Positions 58,363-64,000 of a DNA stretch of 64,000 nucleotides are shown piece by piece. The translations under genes and the position numbers were made by a program. The notes beneath the pieces were generated by a model. That model did no database searches, was not told where the DNA came from, and worked only from the letters and a program-made list of their open reading frames with translations. Source of the DNA: Candidatus Babeliales bacterium (GTDB taxonomy: Bacteria > Babelota > Babeliae > Babelales > RVW-14). Location of the stretch: assembly GCA_019749895.1 (NCBI GenBank), contig JAIEPG010000002.1:2244-66243 (forward strand), given 5' to 3'. Numbering within the stretch: position 1 is the first letter of the stretch; the number at the start of each line of letters is the position of its first letter.

Positions 58363-60048
58363 TTAAACTAACGTTGGAGTTAAAAATATCAACAACTGCT
58401 TGTCCACTTTTGCTGTACGCCGCCCTCTAAAAAACCAACCAAAAAAGGGAATCTCTTGCAATACCGGTACCCCCGTTTGCGACTTTTCATTCCGCTCTTC
58501 AATCAGCCCACCAATCAACGTGGTCTGCCCGCTGCTCAACAAAACCCTGCTCTTTGAACGCGAGGTGCGAATAGTGTAGTTAAACGTGGTACGCACGCCG
58601 TTGGGAGCACTCACGCCCTCGGCAGGAATTGTTGGTTGTGAAACCATAGAATTTTCAATAAACACATCTAAAAAAACCGATTGATGGTCGGGAGAGACTA
58701 CCGGCTTTACCGAAATTTTCATACCAATATCTTTGTAATTGATGGTGTTAACGTTGGTAGGCTGCCCTTCAACCGTTTCTTGCAACCTAATTTCTTGTGG
58801 CATTTCTTCACCAACCAAAATTTCTGCCGTCTCTTCACTTTTAATTAACAGCGTTGGCTTCAAAATAGTTTTTACTTCATTGCGATTTTCCGCAGCATTT
58901 AACAGCAGGTTAAGTCGCTTGGTTTCCAAAGTTCTATTACCAAAAATAAACGGGAGCTTCAAATTAAAACCGCCAATCAGGTTGGTTGGAATAAAGTTTA
59001 ACGACCAGGGAAAAAGGGTTCTAAATGGATCATTGGGGTTTGCCGGATTTGTAGCACCAATACCAAGCCCTGCAAAACCAGTATGCTTTAAACTGGCACG
59101 CCGGTCATAAATGCCCGACCAGTCAAAACCAATAGCATCTTCAAAATCTTTTTCAGCCAGCACCACCCGCGCTTCAAGCCGCACTTGCGGTATTTTTTTA
59201 TCAATCTCGCTCAAGCACAGTTTTAGATCATCACTTTGTTGCTTTGACGCTCTCAAAAAAATCTTTCTACCTTCATCGTCAAAAACCAAATATTCGCCGT
59301 TCTTGCCCGCTTCTTTGCCTACAATACCCTGCCACAAGTTTTCAACCCGCGTTTTAAACGCGGCATCCCAACGCGCATTATACATGGTCACACACACACT
59401 TTGCAGTGATCGCTTGCCGGCAACGCGCAACCGCATGGCCATAATGCCGGCAGCCACGCCCGCACGCACCACTCGCCACACACCAACGTCTTTGATCAGC
59501 GCTAAGCGCGGCACATGATTGTTCAACAAAATATTGAGCGCTGAGCCTAACGAAATATCATTAAAATCAAACGCTGGCACTTTGCCCTCAACATCACTGT
59601 CTACCAAAATTTTAATACTCGAAAGTTTGCTCAGTAAACCTATCGCTTGTTTAATTTCAACATTTTTTAAATTGATCGTAATATTTTTTTTAATCAGCTC
59701 GGGGTTTTTATACTGCTCAGCAAGCGCGGCATAAACTTCATGGTCGGCAACGACTTCTTTTTTTTCAAGCACAAGCGGCCGCTCATGCTTTGGTGCTTTT
59801 TTTCCCTGCTTACTTTTAGCACGGCGCTTGCGATCTTTATCACTCTGATCTACCACCGCCCGCTTAACCAGCTTTTCAATATTTTCAAGCTGCTCCAGCT
59901 CTTTTGCCTGGTGCTCTTGGGCCATCAAGCTCAAGGTGGTTGGGGGCATTTCGGGCATATTATAATGCGAACGCACTCCCAAATCTTCTGACCTGCAAAT
60001 AGCCGTGCACATAACAAACAAAAAACAGACAACATTACGATACATCAT
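58363..60048 (-). CDS. secretin (GspD/PilQ family)
   Basis: C-terminal secretin domain ...TLIGGLIEERNEKSQTGVPVLQEIPFFGWFFRG...LLIFLTPTLV. N-terminal N0-like segment INLKNVEIKQAIGLLSKL. Confidence 0.9.
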   Translation of the reverse strand: MMYRNVVCFLFVMCTAICRSEDLGVRSHYNMPEMPPTTLSLMAQEHQAKELEQLENIEKLVKRAVVDQSDKDRKRRAKSKQGKKAPKHERPLVLEKKEVVADHEVYAALAEQYKNPELIKKNITINLKNVEIKQAIGLLSKLSSIKILVDSDVEGKVPAFDFNDISLGSALNILLNNHVPRLALIKDVGVWRVVRAGVAAGIMAMRLRVAGKRSLQSVCVTMYNARWDAAFKTRVENLWQGIVGKEAGKNGEYLVFDDEGRKIFLRASKQQSDDLKLCLSEIDKKIPQVRLEARVVLAEKDFEDAIGFDWSGIYDRRASLKHTGFAGLGIGATNPANPNDPFRTLFPWSLNFIPTNLIGGFNLKLPFIFGNRTLETKRLNLLLNAAENRNEVKTILKPTLLIKSEETAEILVGEEMPQEIRLQETVEGQPTNVNTINYKDIGMKISVKPVVSPDHQSVFLDVFIENSMVSQPTIPAEGVSAPNGVRTTFNYTIRTSRSKSRVLLSSGQTTLIGGLIEERNEKSQTGVPVLQEIPFFGWFFRGRRTAKVDKQLLIFLTPTLV

Positions 60049-60080
60049 TAACTACACTCCTTTTTTCAAGAACCAAGAAC

Positions 60081-60401
60081 CTAGTTCATCCAGAGTGTAG
60101 TAATCCTTTTACCACGTTGCAACCCAACCTTGTTTTTATGCACCAAGACAACACGATAGCCGCCAACACGGTCACCCTGAAAGACGGTGTGCTGCTCATC
60201 GTCGGCCAATGCAATGACCGCACCAATCGTTTTGCCCTGCCCCACAATACCCAGCAATTGTGGTTTAAACGTAGCCACGCGAGCCGCTCTGGTTTTCTTT
60301 TCAACAAAAAATGGGTCACGCAACATGACCGCCGGTTTTTGTGCGCACACAAAATCAAAACTGACTGTCACTAACCAACAAAAAATAATAAAATTTTTCA
60401 T
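60081..60401 (-). CDS. PilP-like small periplasmic protein
   Basis: Signal peptide, RDPFF motif, beta-rich C-terminus, position directly upstream of the secretin. Confidence 0.45.
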   Translation of the reverse strand: MKNFIIFCWLVTVSFDFVCAQKPAVMLRDPFFVEKKTRAARVATFKPQLLGIVGQGKTIGAVIALADDEQHTVFQGDRVGGYRVVLVHKNKVGLQRGKRITTLWMN

Positions 60402-60961
60402 ACTTGTGCCAATCGAACTAAGCGCATGGTTACATGGACCTGAACCTGTTGGTCGAGTGCGCGTTTACACCAACATTCTTTACACTTAACGGCGCGGCCA
60501 TTCTTTTCAAGCTCACTCAAAAAAGCAACAATATTGCGATACGGACCACGCATTTTTAAGGTCAAATATTCTTTCTCTAAAAATCCCTTGGTACGTTTTG
60601 CAAGCGGCTCAAGCCCTTTGCACGCAACTTGGTGGCGCTTGAGCAAGACCAACACATCGTCAAGTACCCGCTCTGGCTGCCACGTGCGCACCAGTGCCTC
60701 ATACTCCTGCTTGGTTTGCTCATGCGCAGCAACAACTGCTTTGTTTTGTTCAAGCACTACTTGCTGTGCGGCAACCTGCACCCTCATGCTACCACACGCC
60801 TGCTCTGCCTGCGCTATGGCATAACGCACTGGCCAAAAATATACCGCCGTCCAACTGGCACCAATAACCAACAACAAGCCCACCGTACAACTTAAGCGCA
60901 TCCAAACAGACAAGCGACGCGTGTGCACCACCACCAGCGACTCATGCAACCAAAAAGGCAT
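60398..60961 (-). CDS. PilO/GspM-like bitopic protein
   Basis: TM segment LSCTVGLLLVIGASWTAVYF, then a coiled region and an alpha/beta C-terminus. AGGAG RBS before the ATG at 60961. 4-nt overlap with the next gene. Confidence 0.4.
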   Translation of the reverse strand: MPFWLHESLVVVHTRRLSVWMRLSCTVGLLLVIGASWTAVYFWPVRYAIAQAEQACGSMRVQVAAQQVVLEQNKAVVAAHEQTKQEYEALVRTWQPERVLDDVLVLLKRHQVACKGLEPLAKRTKGFLEKEYLTLKMRGPYRNIVAFLSELEKNGRAVKCKECWCKRALDQQVQVHVTMRLVRLAQV

Positions 60962-61116
60962 ACTCTCTCCTTTTTTTCTGCCAAGCGTAATCAGAAAATA
61001 ATCTGCATGTAAACAGTTTGATAAGTAAAACAAAACAAGCAAAGCCTTGCCGAAATTTTGCCTCGTTTACCAAACTAAGAAATGTATTTTTTATAAATTT
61101 TTTTAATTGGAAACCT

Positions 61117-64000
61117 ATGAACAATAAAACAATCATACTTTTTTTATGGTGCTTTTTTTGCATACGAACCAGCATACCTGCTTCGATAACGTTAAATCCA
61201 GAAATACTGCTAGAAAAGGCCGAAAAGGTAGGCCTTGGGTACAAAGCAGCCAATCTCTTAATTTTGAAAAATTATATAACCCACCTCGATACTCTTAAAA
61301 AAACAACCGGCTACTCACTGCAAATCCCGGAATTTGCGGTTATACCTTCGCACGAAGTTCAGCAGTTTTTTAAAAAAAACAAGCTTGCACTAAAAAAACG
61401 CTGGAAAAAACTGTTACACAAATACTCTCCAGCAACACGTGAACAATTTGTAGCTAATAAAAAATTTTCTGAAAAATTTTTACATGATCTAAAAACAAAG
61501 ATTGAAAAACTCATTGTACACCTCTTTACCACCAAACAACAAACAGAACAGGCAACACAAGATTTTTTTGTAGGCCTCAAGCAACAAACGCGTAATGAGC
61601 TGCGCAAAGTGATTGAAGCAGCAAAAACTATGAACAACAAACTCGTGGTGCGTAGCACCGGCAAAGAAGATACTGAAACACTTGCCAACGCGGGTGGCAA
61701 CCAAACGGTTCTTAATGTTGAACCCAACGTGCCCGCCCTGGCTGCCGCACTAACCAACGTTGTTGCTTCTTACTTTTCTTCCCGCTCACTTACGCAACGC
61801 CTCAACGCCGGCGACCCAACACTCTTTGATGCACCTTTTACTCCCGCACTAGTGCAACTCATGATCAGCGAAAAGCCAAATGATAACAATCCTTCAACTA
61901 TTACACGCTGCGGCGTTATGTTTACTCAAGATCCAAGTAGCGCAACATCGGGCAGCGTTAACGGCAAACTAGGCTGTACTTCTGGCATCACACTCATTCA
62001 AGCGTCGTACGGCTTAAACGAAGGCGTGGTCAATAGCACCGTACCAGTAGACACTTTTTACGTTGACCAAACAAACATTACGCACGCCATCATTCGCAAA
62101 AAAAATTTCAGGCTTGTTCCTGGCAGCACCAGCGGCAGCACAGAACAAAAACTCAATCCTGCAGCATTGATAGATGCTCCCGCATTGCAACAACCGGCCA
62201 TTGTCGCGCTCAAGCTCTTGGCAACTGCTCTTGAAAACTTTTACCAAAAGCCAATGGACATTGAATTTGTAATTGATGAAGCACAAAAAATTATTTATAT
62301 CGTTCAAGCACGCCCGCTGGTTCACAACCAAACGGGCACACCGCCAAACTGGCTAGACCGCGCTCAACTACACAATGCAACCATTTTTGAAGGAGCAACG
62401 GTAAGCGCTGCCAACAGCACTGTGCGCATAGTTAGCAACAAAGAACAGGTAATTATTAAAGAAACTATTGGCCAGGCACTCAGCGCTTATCACAATGTAG
62501 ATCCAACAACAGTACAAGCAATTATTATTGGCACACCTGCTGCAACAACATCACACGAGGCAACCTGCTTTCGCAGTGATCTTAAACCGGTTATTTTTCT
62601 TGACCAGTGGCAAGAACTTGCGCAGCAAGCACACAATAAAAAAACGCTTCTTGTTGATGCTCAGCAAAGCCTTGTCGCCGTACTTGAAAAACCTGAAACT
62701 TTTGAAAACCTCAAACAAAAAAGTATTGTGCGCGATGGTTGGGTCTGCTACCCAGCGCCCACACAACTTTCGTGCCTTGCAACCAGCAACACCCACGCTC
62801 ACACGATTCTTGATCTGGACCAAACAACGCGCTACAGCACACGTTTTTTACAAAACTGTCTTTCAACGCTTGCCACTACAACCAATGCAACCGAGTGCCG
62901 CACAACATTAAGCGCCCTGCTCTCTTGTTGGCACAACGCATTAGAACCGTACCAGGAAACGGTGGCAGCGTATGACTTTTTACAACAAGAGTATAATGCG
63001 CTTCTCACCAATTTTCTTTCCTGCGCAGACCACGTACAACTCATGCTTAAACACCAACCAGGCAGCCCCTTGCACATCAAACGCTTACTGCCCATTAAAG
63101 CACTGGAAGCACTCATAACCCAATCACCAAACAGCGCTCTTGTAAACAGCCATTCGTTTACGCATTTTTTAAAAACGGTACAAAACATAGCAGCTATTAA
63201 GCATGAAAAAACCAGCCAACAACAGGTACTGTTAACAAAACTTGGTAATGAAATTTCGTACACACCAGCACTTGCACAACGCTGGAGCGCGCTTGTTAAC
63301 GCTTTACCAACTGCAGCACTGGAGCAATGCGCCAACATTATTGCCATGATAAACAGCTACAACATTCTTGAGTTATGGTTTCACACGTCGGCCAGCCAGC
63401 ACCTTAAAACAATCAAGGAGCATTCTTTAGAACCAGAGCAAGCAGAAAACATAATTACTATATTTGCCCAAGAAATTCTGACCGATCACGATTTTTTAGA
63501 AACACTTCATACAAAAAAAACAGTACTTGAAACTATGAATCTAGAACACGCAGCCGACCCCGCAACATTTACTAGTTGGTGGCACAACGTTACTACAAAT
63601 ATTCTTGATTATTTCGTGAAACAAAAAAGCTTTGCTGCTTCATTTAAAACAAGCCAAAAACTAGGCAGGCTTGCTGCAGTACAACTTATGCAACAGCTCG
63701 TCAGTTTTTTTGACAATGCTCTTAAAGCAGTAACCAGCAGTAACAAATTTACCCAAACAAGCGACAAAATTACTACGTTTAAAAAAATGCTCATACAGTA
63801 TTTTGCACTATTACAATCGTGGTGTTACAACCTGCCCAATGTAGAACAACTATCTTCTTACAGCACCAAAAATAAGAAAGATTCTAGCCCAAAAAATCTC
63901 TTCATCAAGGTTGATACTATTTTGCAGGCAGCAAGCGCTACCGACCCCAACCAGCTACGCACCACAACACCTGGCTTTAACGTTGCCAATGCAACCATTG
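61117..64000 (+). CDS. 3'-partial giant protein: signal peptide + PPDK_N/PEP-synthase-type ATP-grasp + phosphohistidine swivel-like domain + long uncharacterised C-terminal region
   Basis: I hand-translated most of frame 1 (61117 to ~62340 and 62341 to the window end) and saw no stop. The track lists no + ORF in this frame, consistent with no in-window stop. Motifs: LVVRSTGKEDTETLANAGGNQTVLNV, CGVMFTQDP, MDIEFVIDEAQKIIYIVQARPL, GTPAATTSHEATCF. Confidence 0.8.
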   Translation, partial: MNNKTIILFLWCFFCIRTSIPASITLNPEILLEKAEKVGLGYKAANLLILKNYITHLDTLKKTTGYSLQIPEFAVIPSHEVQQFFKKNKLALKKRWKKLLHKYSPATREQFVANKKFSEKFLHDLKTKIEKLIVHLFTTKQQTEQATQDFFVGLKQQTRNELRKVIEAAKTMNNKLVVRSTGKEDTETLANAGGNQTVLNVEPNVPALAAALTNVVASYFSSRSLTQRLNAGDPTLFDAPFTPALVQLMISEKPNDNNPSTITRCGVMFTQDPSSATSGSVNGKLGCTSGITLIQASYGLNEGVVNSTVPVDTFYVDQTNITHAIIRKKNFRLVPGSTSGSTEQKLNPAALIDAPALQQPAIVALKLLATALENFYQKPMDIEFVIDEAQKIIYIVQARPLVHNQTGTPPNWLDRAQLHNATIFEGATVSAANSTVRIVSNKEQVIIKETIGQALSAYHNVDPTTVQAIIIGTPAATTSHEATCFRSDLKPVIFLDQWQELAQQAHNKKTLLVDAQQSLVAVLEKPETFENLKQKSIVRDGWVCYPAPTQLSCLATSNTHAHTILDLDQTTRYSTRFLQNCLSTLATTTNATECRTTLSALLSCWHNALEPYQETVAAYDFLQQEYNALLTNFLSCADHVQLMLKHQPGSPLHIKRLLPIKALEALITQSPNSALVNSHSFTHFLKTVQNIAAIKHEKTSQQQVLLTKLGNEISYTPALAQRWSALVNALPTAALEQCANIIAMINSYNILELWFHTSASQHLKTIKEHSLEPEQAENIITIFAQEILTDHDFLETLHTKKTVLETMNLEHAADPATFTSWWHNVTTNILDYFVKQKSFAASFKTSQKLGRLAAVQLMQQLVSFFDNALKAVTSSNKFTQTSDKITTFKKMLIQYFALLQSWCYNLPNVEQLSSYSTKNKKDSSPKNLFIKVDTILQAASATDPNQLRTTTPGFNVANATI

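Noticed and set aside
59758-59765. Homopolymer runs (A8/T8) inside the secretin, gspK (9181-9189) and CYTH (30316-30323) genes as phase-variation sites
   Set aside because: Runs of this length are expected in Lys-rich coding regions of an AT-leaning genome, and all three ORFs are intact. Nothing singles them out, unlike the 5' tetranucleotide tract at 23681-23700.
61359-63794. Minus-strand and alternate-frame ORFs (61359-61757, 62014-62331, 62528-62911, 62832-63347, 63609-63794)
   Set aside because: All are nested within the >2.8-kb open frame-1 ORF that carries clear PPDK_N/swivel motifs, so they are shadow ORFs.

Overview
This 64-kb chromosomal window comes from a diderm bacterium (lpxB, lpxD, kdsA, skp and a secretin are present) and has a strongly host-associated gene content. 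Backbone genes: one complete rRNA operon on the minus strand (16S ~36474-38012, 23S ~33241-36242, 5S ~32922-33035, no tRNA in the spacer). There is also a minus-strand housekeeping run (kdsA-nusB, efp, pth-prs-lpxD-skp, a HerA-like ATPase, acpS-comM). Other backbone genes are rpsA-ndk, lpxB-rnhB, a COG2984-type ABC importer, a P-type cation ATPase, a COG1926 phosphoribosyltransferase, a GH1 beta-glucosidase, a PfkB kinase and an RRM RNA-binding protein. Secretion genes: a tightly coupled gspF-G-H-I-J-K operon is followed by an MCE-domain gene where gspL/M would normally sit. About 45 kb away lies a PilO-like/PilP-like/secretin/CYTH operon. No gspE, gspC or prepilin peptidase is in the window. 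Accessory content is heavy. Four ankyrin-repeat proteins all carry Sec-type signal peptides. Two of them share a near-identical C-terminal Leu/Lys helix, and one has a (CAAA)5 tract separating an out-of-frame ATG from its ORF. There is a 4-gene array of signal peptide + TM + Cys-rich proteins with a homogenised 5' module, and a 3-gene array of small secreted helical proteins. Other exported candidates are proteins with poly-Ser tracts and NLS-like basic tails, an exported RS/RGG-rich protein, an NDK with a lipoprotein signal, and a signal-peptide-bearing CYTH protein. At the right edge a >960-codon ORF is absent from the supplied track because it runs off the window. It encodes a signal-peptide protein with a PPDK/PEP-synthase-type ATP-grasp plus a phosphohistidine swivel module. 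A modular palindromic repeat family (CCCTTCGA..CTCAGGG.GAACGG) occurs at five loci, once in-frame inside gspK. My overall reading is inference only: a Sec + T2SS-dependent arsenal of eukaryote-like effectors in a protist- or host-associated lineage, possibly Dependentiae/TM6-like. The lineage has to be checked with the 16S sequence.
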